The notes: generated from the sequence alone by a model not told the origin. A stretch of 64,000 nt of DNA from Eledone cirrhosa (GCA_964016885.1 OZ024741.1:27652001-27716000); one strand, 5' to 3'. Counted from the stretch's first letter, positions 1 through 12,910 are shown. Made by a program: numbers and translations.

Positions 1-299
1 CACCAGACTAAGTTGTACCTATTCTAAACTAAATACACACCAGACTAAGTTGTACCTATTCTAAACTAAATACACACCAGAATAAGTTGTACCTATTCTA
101 AACTAAATACACATCAGACTAAGTTGTACCTATTCTAAACTAAATACACACCAGAATAAGTTGTACCTATTCTAAACTAAATACACACCAGACTAAGTTG
201 TACCTATTCTAAACTAAATACACACCAGACTAAGTTGTACCTATTCTAAACTAAATACACACCAGAATAAGTTGTACCTATTCTAAATTAAATACACAC
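1..299. repeat. 37-bp minisatellite (~8 copies, runs off the window start), intronic
   Basis: Unit CACCAGACTAAGTTGTACCTATTCTAAACTAAATACA repeated head-to-tail. Confidence 0.95.
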
Positions 300-340
300 A
301 GTACTACAAAATACTATATTATTTTTCCCTATCACTCTAG

Positions 341-409
341 GTCTATGATGAAGATTTCACACAATACGCAGCAGCATTCTTTATATCTTTTGTCTTAACT
401 GGTTTTCAG
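341..409 (+). CDS. Internal coding exon of an unidentified multi-pass membrane protein (VYDEDFTQYAAAFFISFVLTGFQ)
   Basis: Acceptor ttttccctatcactctag, donor cag|gtaagt, 69 nt open in phase 0, hydrophobic helix, joins in frame to the exon at 4907. Confidence 0.8.
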
Positions 410-420
410 GTAAGTAGCAT

Positions 421-1055
421 ACCTTTATTCTTTATTGATTTCATAGACTACCTTTATTCTTTATTGATTTCATAGACTACCTTTATTCTTTATTGATTTC
501 ATAGACTACCTTTATTCTTTATTGATTTCATAGACTACCTTTATTCTTTATTGATTTCATAGACTACCTTTATTCTTTATTGATTTCATAGACTACCTTT
601 ATTCTTTATTGATTTCATAGACTACCTTTATTCTTTATTGATTTCATAGACTACCTTTATTCTTTATTGATTTCATAGACTACCTTTATTCTTTATTGAT
701 TTCATAGACTACCTTTATTCTTTATTGATTTCATAGACTACCTTTATTCTTTATTGATTTCATAGACTACCTTTATTCTTTATTGATTTCATAGACTACC
801 TTTATTCTTTATTGATTTCATAGACTACCTTTATTCTTTATTGATTTCATAGACTACCTTTATTCTTTATTGATTTCATAGACTACCTTTATTCTTTATT
901 GATTTCATAGACTACCTTTATTCTTTATTAATTTCATAGACTACCTTTATTCTTTATTGATTTCATAGACTACCTTTATTCTTTATTGATTTCATAGGCT
1001 ACCTTTATCCTTTATTGATCTCATAGACTACCTTTATTCTTTATTGATTTCATAG
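421..1055. repeat. 29-bp minisatellite (~22 copies) starting 12 nt after the splice donor
   Basis: Unit ACCTTTATTCTTTATTGATTTCATAGACT, nearly invariant. Confidence 0.95.
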
Positions 1056-1158
1056 AATGTCAGTATCCTTTATTGATTTCATTTCTTTGACTGTGGTCAT
1101 GCTAGAACACATTACCTTCAAAGGTATTGTTGTTTCCAACGATCTTATTGATGTGTCA

Positions 1159-1390
1159 GTGGCCTAGTGGTTAGGGTGTTGAACTTACAATCATAATATT
1201 GTGGGTTTGATTCCTGGGTAGTGTGTTGTGTTCTTGAGCAAAACACTTCATTTCACATTGCTCCAGTATACTCAGCTGAAAATGAGTACCAGCGATAACT
1301 GGGGGCTTAAACCTGCAATGACTGGTGTCCTATCCAGGGAGTGGGGAGACTTGTAATCTCAGTTGCTTAACACCAAAGAAACCAGGATAT
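1159..1390 (+). mobile_element. tRNA-derived SINE with CORE/V-like body, degenerate
   Basis: A box gtggcctagtggtta, B box ggtttgattcc, then ttgagcaaaacactt...aaatgagtacc...cctgcaatgactggtgtcctatccaggg. Confidence 0.65.
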
Positions 1391-1689
1391 GCACCAACCA
1401 AATTATCCTCTGAGTTTGAGACAGCTCCAACCAGTGCATCTGTAACATCGTGGTCAGAGGCCACCCATGTACACTGGTTACAGAGATCTGATGCAGGTGT
1501 AGTTATCCAGTTGTGACACCATATATGTCGGCTCTAACTTATGCATCCACTGCATTGTGAACCATGCACAGTGATCAGAGACTTAAGAGTTGTAATGAGA
1601 TAGCAGACAGACTTTGTATGTAGCAAATGTACAGAGATAGTTGGTAGTAAAAGCATCAGTGAAATAAACTTTTTCCAATCCCAGGAAGA

Positions 1690-2306
1690 ATTCCTCCTAT
1701 CAGGAGGAATCCATAGAAGGGGTTGATAGCTTCTGCTACCTAGGTGATCTAATTAGTCTAATTAGCAGCGGAGGAGGTTGCTCTGAAAGCATACTAGCTA
1801 GAATAGCAGGAATAATAATAGCTAGAATAATAACAAGATGGAAAAGGTTCAGGGAGATACTACCTCTATTGATAACATAAGGTTTCTCTCTATGAGTAAA
1901 AAGTCAGTCATATGATGCCTCTGTGTGATGTTGCATGGCAGGATATGCAAAGGCTGCAGAAAAATGAAGTGAGTATGCTCTGATGGATGTGCAATGTTAA
2001 TGTGTGTGAACAACAAATTATGGAGGAGCTGAGAGAAAACTGGGTATAAGAGGAATCAGACATAGTGTGCAGCAGACTGCTCTGGTATTGACGTGATGCA
2101 TATGGGTGATGATTGTTGTGTAAAGAAATCCCTATTAATTCTAGTGGAAGGAAGCTATAGTAGAGGGGACCAAGGAAGAACTGATCTTAAGTTGCTGAAG
2201 CTCACAAAGGAGATGATGAAGTAATAGAATGAGTGAAGGGATGCTGTGCTAGAAAAGACATATCCAACCCATGCAAGTATTGAAAAGTGGACCTAAAATG
2301 TTGATG
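1690..2306 (+). mobile_element. Old 5'-truncated RTE LINE fragment
   Basis: Degenerate VDSFCYLGD..GGGCSE..W.RFRE.LPLL coding remnant and RTE tail ccaacccatgcaag...gatgat. Confidence 0.8.
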
Positions 2307-2329
2307 ATATATATATATATATATATATA

Positions 2330-4176
2330 TCATCATCATCATCATCATCATCACCGTTTTACGTCCGTTCTTCCACGCTAGCATGGGTTAGACGGGTTGT
2401 CCTGTTGTGGGCAGTGTCTGGTCGGCTGATCATGCCTTGCTCATACAGGAACTGATTTGGCTTGATTTCTACAGCTGGATGCCCTTCCTAACACCAACCT
2501 CATTTACAGTGAGTGCTGGGTGCTTTTTCGTGGCGCCTACACGTCCACTTTACAGTGTGGGCTGGGTACTTTTTTGCCGTGTCACCTCCATGACCACCTT
2601 GCGGTGGGGGGGGTGGGGGCATATTGTCTATATGCTTCAGCTTGTACCCATGGGAGGTCGGGTACTCTGTATTACTGCGTGACGCCAGAAGTCACGGTCA
2701 TGTGTCATTGCCTTTGAGAGGTGTAATTGGGTAAGGTCGGCTTTTATCACCTCATCCCAGGTCATCTTGGGTCTCCCCACTCCGCGGTTTCCATCAACTT
2801 CTAGTGCTCTGCACCTTTTTATGCAGCTGTCATCCTTCATACGCATCACATGTCCATACCAGCGCAACCGCCTCTCCTGCACACAGCATTTGATTCCTCT
2901 TATGCTCAGTCTCTCTCTCAATTCATTTATGCTTTGTCGTTCACGTATATTACTGTTACACATCCATCGGAGAATGCAGGCTTCGTTTCTCTCTAATCTA
3001 CGTAAGTCTTCCACCTTCAGCGCCCAGGTCTCACTACCATGCAACATTGCTGTTCGGATACACGCATCATACAGTCTGCCTTTCATTCTGAGGGAGAAGC
3101 CTTTTGCAGCTAGCAGTGGTAGTAGTTCCCTAAACTTCTTCCATCCCGTTCTTACCCTAGTTATTGTACTTTCTGAACACCCACCTCCGCTGCTAATTCA
3201 GTCACCTAGGTAGAAGAAGCTGTCTACTGTTTCTACAGAGCCCTCCCAGAGATTGGTGGTACTTGTTTGCTGTGGCTGTTTGCTGCATGTGAAGCCTACA
3301 TTCTTAATTAAGCTTCCTGAGATCCCGCTACATCTCTTGTGTACCCATTGTTTGCATTTGGGGCAGAGAATGGAGTTCCTACATACTGAGCAAGGCCATT
3401 TCCCTGAGGGGATCTGGGTTCTGTTTTCTCGTTTACTTACAAGGACCTTAGTCTTTGTCATGTTGACTTTGAGATCCTTTCTTTCTAGTCCCTGCTTCCA
3501 AGTTTGGAATTTATTCTCTAGTTCTACCATAGATTCAGCTATGAGTGCGGGGTCATAAGCATACAGGAGTTCCCATGGGCATCCGGTCTTAAACTCCTCC
3601 GTTATTGCCTGCAAGACTATGATGAACAGCAGGGGGCTAAGAACAGAGCCCTGGTGGACCCCAACCTGTACGCTAAATTCCTCACTATACTCATTGCTAA
3701 TCCTAACTTTGCTGACTGCTCCCCTATACATGGCTTGTACCGCTTTCACAAGCCAGTCATCTACTCCTAGTTTTCTAAGAGCCCACCAGATTACAGCACG
3801 TGGAACTCTGTCAAAGGCTTTCTCAAGGTCGACAAATGCCAATAGAGTGGCTTACTTTTAGCTAGGTACTTTTCCTGTAATTGCCTCACAAGGAAGAGGG
3901 CATCAGTGGTGCAAACCCAAATTGGTACAAACCCAAATTGCATCTCGTCTATTTTCACCCGGTCCCTAATCAACTGTGCTATAACTCTTTCTGTTACTTT
4001 CATGACTTGGTCCATCAACTTTATACCTCTATAGTTTCCTCTATCTAGTGCATCGCCTTTACCTTTGTAGCAGTTGACAATGATGCTACTGCACCAATCT
4101 TTTGGTATGACACCTTCTAGTATTACCTGGTGCTACTGCACCAATCTTTTGGTATGACACCTTCTAGTATTACCTA
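2330..4176 (-). mobile_element. Young 5'-truncated RTE-clade LINE (RT with frameshifts, YADD changed to YAYD)
   Basis: ORFs 3791-4018, 3198-3842 and 2637-3086: MQFGFVP, AFVDLEKAFDRV, GVHQGSVLSPLLF, RRLRWYGHV; (GAT)n tail at 2330-2352. Confidence 0.95.
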
Positions 4177-4906
4177 TATATATAAAGTGGTCATGTAGGT
4201 GACTCGACAAAAAGCACCCAGTCCACACTGTAAATGTGGTTGGTGTTAGGAAGGGCATCCAACCTTAGAAATCAAGCCAAAATCAGTTCTGTATGAGTAA
4301 GCCGTAGTCATCTGACCTGGCTGATGATATATAACCGGCTTCCACTCAAGCATTGTCTACCAAATTCCTCCCACAAAGTATTGGTCCACCCTAGATGCCA
4401 TGGAGTGGAATTGAAACCTGAAACCATGTGGTTGCAAAGTGAATTCCTTGACCACACTACCAAGCCTATCCCTATACATATATCATCATCATCATCATCA
4501 ATTTATGTCTGTTTTCCATCTTTGCATAGAATGGAAGAGTTGTCATTGTTCAAGATTAGAGAGGTCAGAGAGAAACCTCACCATACTCATATGTTCCATA
4601 TTTGGCTTGTTTTTCTAGGGTTAGATACAATTTTTAACACCAACCACCTAACAGTATTGGGTGCATTTGATCATAAAACCTGTACCACCACTTTACAGAG
4701 AGTACTGTATGTTATCATAGTACTAACTGTATCACTTTACAGAGTGTACTGGGTGCATTGTATCATGGCATTCTCACATTACAGAGTGTAGTAGGTGCAT
4801 TTTATCATGTCATCAGCTCTCCCACTTTACAGAGTGTACTAGGTTCATTTTTATTGTAACACCAGCCCAATATATTATTTAATTTCTTTTTTTTATTTTT
4901 TTTCAG

Positions 4907-5110
4907 ATTTACCTTATGCTAGTTCCAGTGAAGAAGAAAACTGCCCTAGCTGGAGCAACCCTGGCCAGTATCTGTTTATGTCAACTGTATGTGTGGGAAT
5001 ACAAGAACAGCATTGTAGCAATATTGTTCTATGTGGCTGTCGCATCATTCACAACATTTATTATCTGTACACGACGTCTTGAGGAGAAACAAAAACAGTA
5101 CATGCTGTAG
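4907..5110 (+). CDS. Terminal coding exon of the same membrane protein (IYLMLVPVKKK...RRLEEKQKQYML*)
   Basis: Strong acceptor ttttttttattttttttcag, phase 0 with exon 341-409, two further hydrophobic segments, TAG stop; candidate AATAAA at 5749. Confidence 0.8.
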   Translation: MYLMLVPVKKKTALAGATLASICLCQLYVWEYKNSIVAILFYVAVASFTTFIICTRRLEEKQKQYML

Positions 5111-6225
5111 CCAGTGTCAAGCCTTGATGTGTAGATTGTACACATTGCACATATGTGTGTGTATATACACACTCACACACAAATATATATGTGTATGTAT
5201 ATACATGTATGTATGTATGTATATATATATATTCCATTCTCTACTTGTCAGTTCATCACTCATTATACATGCAGTCAGCTTTGTACCAAAGATAAAATCA
5301 AAGACCCTATCTTCTAACTGAGACTCACTCTTAGTGAAAGACACTGTCTGCTGTTGTCGCTGTCCTTTAGTGATATGCCAATATAATACTCCAAAAACAT
5401 CCACCTTCAGTCATAATTCAGTGCCTATATTAATATAATAATCATATTATCATTAGTATATATACATATAAATGTGCATATGCAGCAGGTTCCAGTGGTG
5501 TAAATGACACCTGTCGACCAAACCAAATTCATTACCTGGTTTTAAGTTACCTGTTGGAACTGCTGCTGATTTCCCTACATTACCTCTTCTCTTACTCCTT
5601 CCCCTAACTTGTCTTCGATTTATCCAGAGGTGCACTGGCTATATAGATATTAGGGCAGTGCTCATTGGACTACTGGGATTAGTAAGAAAAAAAGCCCTAC
5701 TGAAAAAATGTCACAAAACTGAAGTCATAATCGCTGCACAAAGAATGTAATAAAATGGAACACACCTTAGCTGAGCAATGGAACGACACATCTGGCCCTC
5801 AGCCCTCACCTGTCAGCAAGTCAGTGTTACCCTAGCTAACCAATGAAACTACACTTTTAGCTATAAGCAGTTTGCTAGTCTGTGCTATCTTAGCTGAACA
5901 GTGAAAACATGTCTCTGAACCTCAGCAGTCAGATCCAGTCCACTTGCTTTCTATGAAACAATACCATAATATATTCTGTCATATTCAACAACTGAATTTG
6001 AAAACTGGTTTTTGATTTTATTTCATTTCAGAAATGCTTTACTTGACTTGCATATATATCATCATCATCATCATCATCTTCGTTTAACGTCCATTTTCCA
6101 CGCTAGCATGGGTTAGACAGGAGTTGACCCACTTGAGGCAAGGTTGGTCGGGTGACCATGTCTCGCTCATATAGGACTATCTGGCAGGTTTTCTACGGCT
6201 GGATGCTCTTCCTAACACCAACCAC

Positions 6226-6280
<55 letters not shown>

Positions 6281-6439
6281 AAAGCTTAGAAACAGTGCTT
6301 GCAATGAGTATTCAATACCATAGTAGAGATTAATGTATCTACACAGTGCTTTCCTTAAAGTATGGAGTACAAAGTTGAATAATGGTTTTACAAATCTTCA
6401 CTTATAACATCTATATACACACACACACACACACACGCA

Positions 6440-6590
6440 CACTCCATTATAACGAAATCCACGGGGTATAAAAAATTTGTTGTAACGAAAAATTCTTTAT
6501 GAAACAAATCGAGCGTTTGTTTGTTATTTCCTTGAGAATTGAAAAAAATTTCCTTACACTGAAGAATTCGTTATAACGTAATTTTACCTA
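6440..6590. mobile_element. Degenerate Tigger/pogo-like MITE
   Basis: Imperfect TIRs (c)attataacgaa ... ttcgttataacg. Confidence 0.4.
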
Positions 6591-6600
6591 TATATATATA

Positions 6601-7108
6601 ACCATCCTTTCACCTCTTAAAAATTTTTGTGTGAGACACGTTGGCTGAGAGCTTTTGATGGGAACGAAAAGAGTGGTTTTCTATTCTCCCGCCACCACGT
6701 AAAATTTGTAAATCGGTAGCTAGTTGAGAGACAGAGTTGTATCGGGTTCCAGTTGCTAATCACTTTACCGTGTCGGATGTCACAAACAGTCATGACCGGC
6801 ATACGCTGGTGTTTAGATTCTGTCGATCGATTGGTTATTGATTAGGCGATACCCGCTGATGAAGCCGCATAAGCCGATTGTGCGTTGTTGCATAATATAT
6901 GCAGACGGATGGTGCAGTACACCTTACTGCTGCTTTGGGTGCGGCCGAAACTCGAGTCCGGGAACTATTGTAGGCACCCGTTTTACGTGTGTTGTATTGA
7001 AGCGAATAACTGTGTATACTCTGGGAATGTATCTTACATTGCCTATTGAATGCGCTGAGATACAACCGGTCCTGGCATTGATAAATATGCTAGGTCCATC
7101 AACTCCTT
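6601..7108 (+). mobile_element. ~510-bp CpG-rich non-coding insertion in a (TA)n tract carrying a hammerhead (solo Penelope-like pLTR or retrozyme monomer)
   Basis: Abrupt CpG-rich segment bounded by TA repeats on both sides; contains the fold at 6852-6962. Confidence 0.55.
6852..6962 (+). ncRNA. Type I hammerhead ribozyme with extended branched stem II
   Basis: CCCG-CTGATGA-a-GCCGCAT...(insert)...GTGCGGC-c-GAAA-CTCGAG-TC/CGGG; stem I CCCG:CGGG, palindromic stem III ACTCGAGT, GUC cleavage triplet. Confidence 0.8.
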
Positions 7109-7747
7109 ATATATATATAATACAGAGAGTCGGAGTGCTTTCCTTGAAGAAGTGAGTGAATTACTTCTCTTTCTCAGCCTCTTTTGAACGACACGGAATT
7201 ACTACTACCTTCATTGTGACAGCAAATACACTGAAGAGAGCTGGTGGATTCCAGCATGATGTATACCAGAGGAAATGATCCTTTGCTGGTTGTAGTTGTT
7301 ACACCTGGCTGAAGATATATATAATATACATCATCCTCATCGTGTTTACATCCGTTTCTCCAAGTTTGCATGGGTCATCATTTCATTTTTCATTTCATTT
7401 TACGTCTGCTTTTTCCCTGCTTGCAAGGGTGGGATGGGGAACTGATTCTGGCTTGATTTCTACAGCTGGATGCCCTTCCTAACACCAACTCATTTACAGT
7501 GAGTGCTGGGTGCTTTTTTGCTGTGGCACCTCCACGACCACTTTGCAGTGGAATGACAGGGACACCAGTCCTATCATCTCATTTTTACAGCTGAGTAAAT
7601 TGGAACAATGTGAAATAAAGGAAACAACACATCAGCCGGTCTGAGAATTAAACTCACAACCTTTCGATTGCAAGGCCAATGCTCTAACCACTAAGCCATG
7701 TGCCTCCATATATATACTATAAATATATTATATATACATAATATATA

Positions 7748-8520
7748 TATATAATGTGTGTGTATTGAACAATGAAAATAAAGCAAAAGTCAAAGATAGG
7801 TTCTTAATTAGTTCATTGTTTTACAATCGTTTCAGAGGGTTGATTGATCATGGCAGGCATCTACCATACTCTGAACGCCTTGCTTCCCTGGGCATGGATA
7901 CATTGAAGCTCCGACGCCTGGCAACTGACTTGGTAAACACCCACAAAATTGTTAACCATCTTGCCAACAACAACCCTGAGTACCTTTTTGATTTCCATGT
8001 GTCTAACACACGTGGGCATGCCCACAAAGTCAGAAAACAGCACAGCTCCCATGACTTTCGGAAACATTTTTTCACGCTCAGAGTTGCTGAAGCATGGAAC
8101 AAGCTACCTGCATCACTTGTTAGCTGTCGAGACACTGCATCCTTTAAGGCCTCCATGCTTCCCAAGATTCGCCAACACTACACCTAATGTTCCCCCTCCA
8201 TACACATACACACATCTATATCATGACTCAAACACTATTCACTTCCGTGACATTTATGTATTATTCTATGTACTATACATGCACCTTTGACGAGTTGTAG
8301 TGCACCTGAGCACTTTACACAATAATTTCATTATTATTAGATCGATATATTGACTAATAGATAGAGGTCATGTCTAGAATATTGTGACTAAAAATAGATG
8401 GAGATATAACCACTATCTACCATGATCAATCAACCCTCTGAAACGATTGTAAAACAATGATCTAATTAAGAACCTATCTTTTGTTTTATTTTCATTGTTC
8501 AATTCTCACACATTATATAT
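7748..8520. repeat. TA-flanked fold-back element with ~100-bp inverted arms (7748-7853 / 8420-8520), interrupted by a CR1 fragment
   Basis: gataggttcttaattagttcattgttttacaatcgtttcagagggttgattgatcatgg is the reverse complement of ccatgatcaatcaaccctctgaaacgattgtaaaacaatgatctaattaagaacctatc. Confidence 0.85.
7854..8339 (+). mobile_element. CR1-clade LINE 3' fragment
   Basis: YSERLASLGMDTLKLRRL...NTRGH..K...RKHFFTLRVAEAWNKLP, followed by a 3' UTR and a short (TTA)n tail. Confidence 0.9.
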
Positions 8521-8859
8521 ATATTATATATATATATGTATATGAGCGAGACTCGGTCACCTGATCAATCTTGCCTCAAGTGGGACAATTCCTGTTTAAC
8601 CCATGCTAGCATGGAAGATAGACGTTAAACGATGATTGATATATATATATATATATATATAAATAAATGACTGTGGGTTGATTTAAATCTTCAATGGAAC
8701 CTTATGCGATGAGAGACTACGACAAAAACTATCACTCCTCTGCCTAATCTTGTTGAAACCAGATGGTTTCAAGACTGTAATGAGTTCTAACAACATTATC
8801 GACTCTACCATAAACAGGTGGATACCAGTGCACACATACATATATATATATACCATCGA

Positions 8860-9750
8860 CATCATCATCATCGCCGTTTAACGCCCTTCCTAATGCCAAC
8901 CTCATTTACAGTGAGCACTGGGTGCTTTTTGTTGTGACACCTATACGACCACTTTACAGTGTGGACTGAACGCTTTACTGGATGTATACTTTAGCCTGTC
9001 CTCATGGGTGGGGTGGGGTGATACATACTATATATACGCTTGTTGTGTGCCTGTGGGAAGTCGGGTTTTCTGTATTACTATATAACGCCAGAGATCTTGG
9101 TCTTATGTCATTGCCTTTGAGAGGTGCAATTGGGCATGGTCAGCTTTTTTCACCTTGTCCCAAGTCTTCCTAGGTCTCCCCACTCCACGGCTTCCATCAA
9201 TTTTGAGCACTCTGCACCTATATATATAGTCTCTAACTCCGTTGTTTCATTTTCTATATATATATATATAGGCAACACGGTAAAAACCTCCCAGACCCAC
9301 ACTGTAAATGTGGTTGGTGTTAGGAAGGGCATCCAACTGTAGAAAACCTGCCAGACAGTCCTATGCGAGCAAGACAATCACTCTTGCCTCAAGTGGGACT
9401 ACCCCCGTCCAAACCCATGCAAGCGTGGAACACGGACGTTAAACGTTGATGATGATATAAAGACCATCCTTCGGTCACAAATGACCATGGGATTTTCACC
9501 AAGAAAGTTTCCCGTCTGAGGCACAAATCTGGGCAAGGTTGTTTGTGGAAGACCAGCAATCGCCCATGCATACTGGTCTCCTCCCTCCATGCCACTGATG
9601 TTGTCCAAGGGAAAAGCAATGGCCGATACAGCAGGGCATCAGGAACTATAAAGTGTCTTGCTCAAGAACACAACATATTGCCTGGTTCAATATTCAAATT
9701 CACAACCTCACAATTGAGAATTCAACGCTTTAACCACAGTAAGACCATTA
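8860..9750. mobile_element. Cluster of RTE 3'-end fragments and RTE-tailed SINE pieces in both orientations
   Basis: Shared motif gtggttggtgttaggaagggcatcc...aacccatgc...gacgttaaac(gat)n; CORE-like aagtgtcttgctcaagaacacaac at ~9650. Confidence 0.7.
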
Positions 9751-9990
9751 TTCAGCAAAGTACTCAATATATGCATCATCATCATCAACATCTATTTTCC
9801 ATGCTTTCATGGGATAGATGGCTGTCACATTCTAAGGCTCAACTGGTCAATGACTAGGTCCACTTTATATGTTTTATTTTGGCTTTGTTTCTATAGCTGG
9901 TTGCCCTTCCTAATGCCAACATGATGCATTATATATATTAAGTATAACAAGACAAAGTTTCACACTGTTTTATTGATTATTGACCAGTTA

Positions 9991-10034
<44 letters not shown>

Positions 10035-10067
10035 TAAAACTTCCCCCCTTATATGTATACATATATA

Positions 10068-10490
10068 GCACCCGCCTCCACTGCTAATTAGGTCACCTTG
10101 GTAACAGAAGCGATTAATCACTTCTATGAACTCTTCCTGTGACTGGAAAAAGTTTATATCATGAACGTCCTTCCTCTCAGTTACTCCTGTGCATCTTCTA
10201 CATCCAAAGTCCTCCCTTCCTGTTATCCCACTACACTGTTATCCCACTACATTGTTATCCCATTACATCTTTTGTGTACATTGTATGGAGTTTATGCCTA
10301 CACCTTTTCTACATATTGAGTAGGCGGGGCCACTTCCCTGAAAGAATCAGGGTCATATCTTCTTTCCTAGCACTTTAGTTTTGGCTAAGTTTACTTTCAG
10401 ACCTTTTGATTCCAAATTCTGTTTCCATAATCAGAACTTATTTTCTAGTTCTTTTATGGTTTCAGTATAAGGACCAAATCATCTGCATAA
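10068..10490 (-). mobile_element. Degenerate RTE LINE fragment
   Basis: Reverse strand encodes remnants of YADDLVL, VNLAK, SGKWP.C, FCY.GDLISSGGG. Confidence 0.8.
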
Positions 10491-11679
10491 ATGGAGGGAA
10501 TAGGTCTTTCAAACTACTCCTTTGGAAAACATGACTGAAACCAAATTATAAAGCTTCACCATTTGAGGGTTTTTTTTTTCTTTTTTAAGCTTCCAGGTCT
10601 TAAGATTTTACCATTAAAATTGTGATGCAGCTATGTTATTTTTCTAAGTTGTCTGTGGATTGAGAATTTAAGAAGACAGACTTGGTTTCAATACCAATTA
10701 ATGTTGGAATGAGTATAAGATTCTGGTCGAAAGATTGACATTTCAAAATATATTTGTACGTATGTTTCACTTGTACAGTTGAAAAAAATTGAACAAGATC
10801 TTGTAAATTTGAAAGACTCAGTGGAAAATGTTTATTAAATATTTCATTTTTGACATGATATAGTTTTTACTTGTTTCATTATTATGGATATGTGTGTATA
10901 TATAAATGCATGCATGTGTGTATATGTGTATGTATAAATATATATATATCACTTTATAGCATGTACTGGGTGTATTTATTATGTAGATCACCAACACGAG
11001 AGAAGCTGCTGTACTGTGAAATGACTGAAGGGTCCTTTCACCATGTTTTTATATAGGCATGGTATCTACAGTGGGGTGCCCTTCCTGTTGCCAACCACCA
11101 TACAGAGTGTACCAGGTTTACTCTTGTCCAAACAGAAGAGCCCCATCTGCTCTGTAGTAAGGGATGGGCGATAGGGGTGAAATAAATTACTTTCTCGTTA
11201 TTAAATCGGTATTTGGTACATGACAGCTAAGGAAGAACACATCATTCGTTTGTCATCCTTTGCCTTTTATATTCTACTGACTTTCTGAAATACTTGTCAA
11301 TCATTTATTACATATATTATAAGGCTTCATATTAACTATACTAATATATATAGAGAGAGGAGGAGGGGTTAGTGTAGTTAATACAAAGCATTGTGCGGTA
11401 TGTAGTAAATGACTAAGTATTTTTTTAAGCCACTACTATGCAGTAGAAAATATGAAGGGTAAATGAAACAAAACAAAATAAAGTAATGTTTTAGCCAGTG
11501 TATTGTGCCATGATATTTCAGGGCTGTTACCCTTTTTTCAGATGCAAAGCTGAAACAGTCCCAAGATAAAACAAACAATTTGAGCTTTCTTCTATAACTA
11601 GTCCTATATTTTCCAACACAATGTGGAGCTGAAACAGTTCATTTACAATGTGGGCCGGGGAATTGGGTGGGGGTGGTAT

Positions 11680-12910
11680 ACATTTATCATACAATCTACC
11701 CTTCATTTTGAAGGGAAATCCTTTTGTAGCAAGCAGTAGTAGTTCACTGAACTTTCTCCATTCTGTTTTACTCTGGCTACTGTACTTTTGGCACACCCAA
11801 CTCCACTGCTAATTTGGTCATCCAGGTAACAGAAGTTGTCAACTGCTTCTATGGAACCTTCCAAGAATTTGATGGCACTTGTTTCCTGTGAGTGTTTGTT
11901 ACTGCTCATGTGCAACGGCCACAAGTAAAATCTACTTTCTTAGCTAACCTACCTGAGATCCCCCCTACATCTCTTGTATAGTTATAGCTTGCATTTGGGA
12001 AAAGGATGGAATTTCTACCCTACCCTACCCTTTTTCCTACACATTAAGCAGGGCCATTTCCCAGAAGGGATCAGGGCCTTGTTTTCCTGTCTACTTACTG
12101 GAACTTTGGTCTTTGCCAAGTTGACTTTAAGACCTTTTGATTCCAGGTTAGGAATTCTTTCTCTAGTTCTGTCATAGATTCAGCTATGAAAGTTAGATCA
12201 TCAGTATACAGGAGTTCCCATGGACATCCTCTTTTAAACTCTTCTGTTATAGCCTGGAGGATAATAATTGTTTCTATTTTTGGCACAAGGCCAGCAATTA
12301 CTCAGTGCATTTTATCGACCCCGTAAGGATGAAAGGCAATGTTAACCTCGGCGGGATTTGAAATTAGAATGGCAAGGGCCGTAACTATGCATCAAAGCAT
12401 GGCGTCCGACCCTCTACTGATACTGCCAATGATAATAAAAAGGAGATGGCTAAGGACAAAGCCTTGGTGGACTCCAACTTGAACATTAAACTCCTCGCTA
12501 TAGTCATTATTAACTTTAACAGCACCTCTGTACATGGTTTGTACCATCCTCACTAACCACTCCTAAGTGCCCACCAGATTACAGAATGGGAAGGCCTGTC
12601 AAAAGCCTGATCTAGGTCAACAAATGCTAAGTTGAGGCGTTTGCTTTTAGCTAGACACTTCTGCAGTTGCCTCGCAAGGAAGAGGGCGTCCGTGGTACTT
12701 TTTCCTGGCACAAATCCAAACTACATCTCATCTAGATTAATTCGATCCCTAATTAGTTTGATGCCTCAATAGTTCCCTCTGTCTAGCTCATCCTCTTTGC
12801 CCTTGTAGCAGTTGGCAATTTTGTACTATTTGGTTAACAATATAGGTGGTTATGGTGTGTCCTACCAGCCCAGATGCTTTCAGCATCTCAGCAATTATTC
12901 CCGACATATG
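11680..12910 (-). mobile_element. Degenerate RTE LINE fragment, interrupted by a SINE at ~12262-12430
   Basis: ILQAITEEFKRGCPWELLYTDDL, DNFCYLDDQISSG, KGRLYD remnants. Confidence 0.85.

Noticed and set aside
1-1055. Regular 37-bp and 29-bp repeats resembling CRISPR arrays
   Set aside because: No unique spacers, no cas genes, eukaryotic intron context
7226-7265. ATACA-CTGAAGA-ga-GCTGG..CCAGC-atga-TGTAT, with similar remnants at ~19955-19990 and ~32150-32200
   Set aside because: GAAA box and cleavage triplet are missing, so these cannot be called ribozymes
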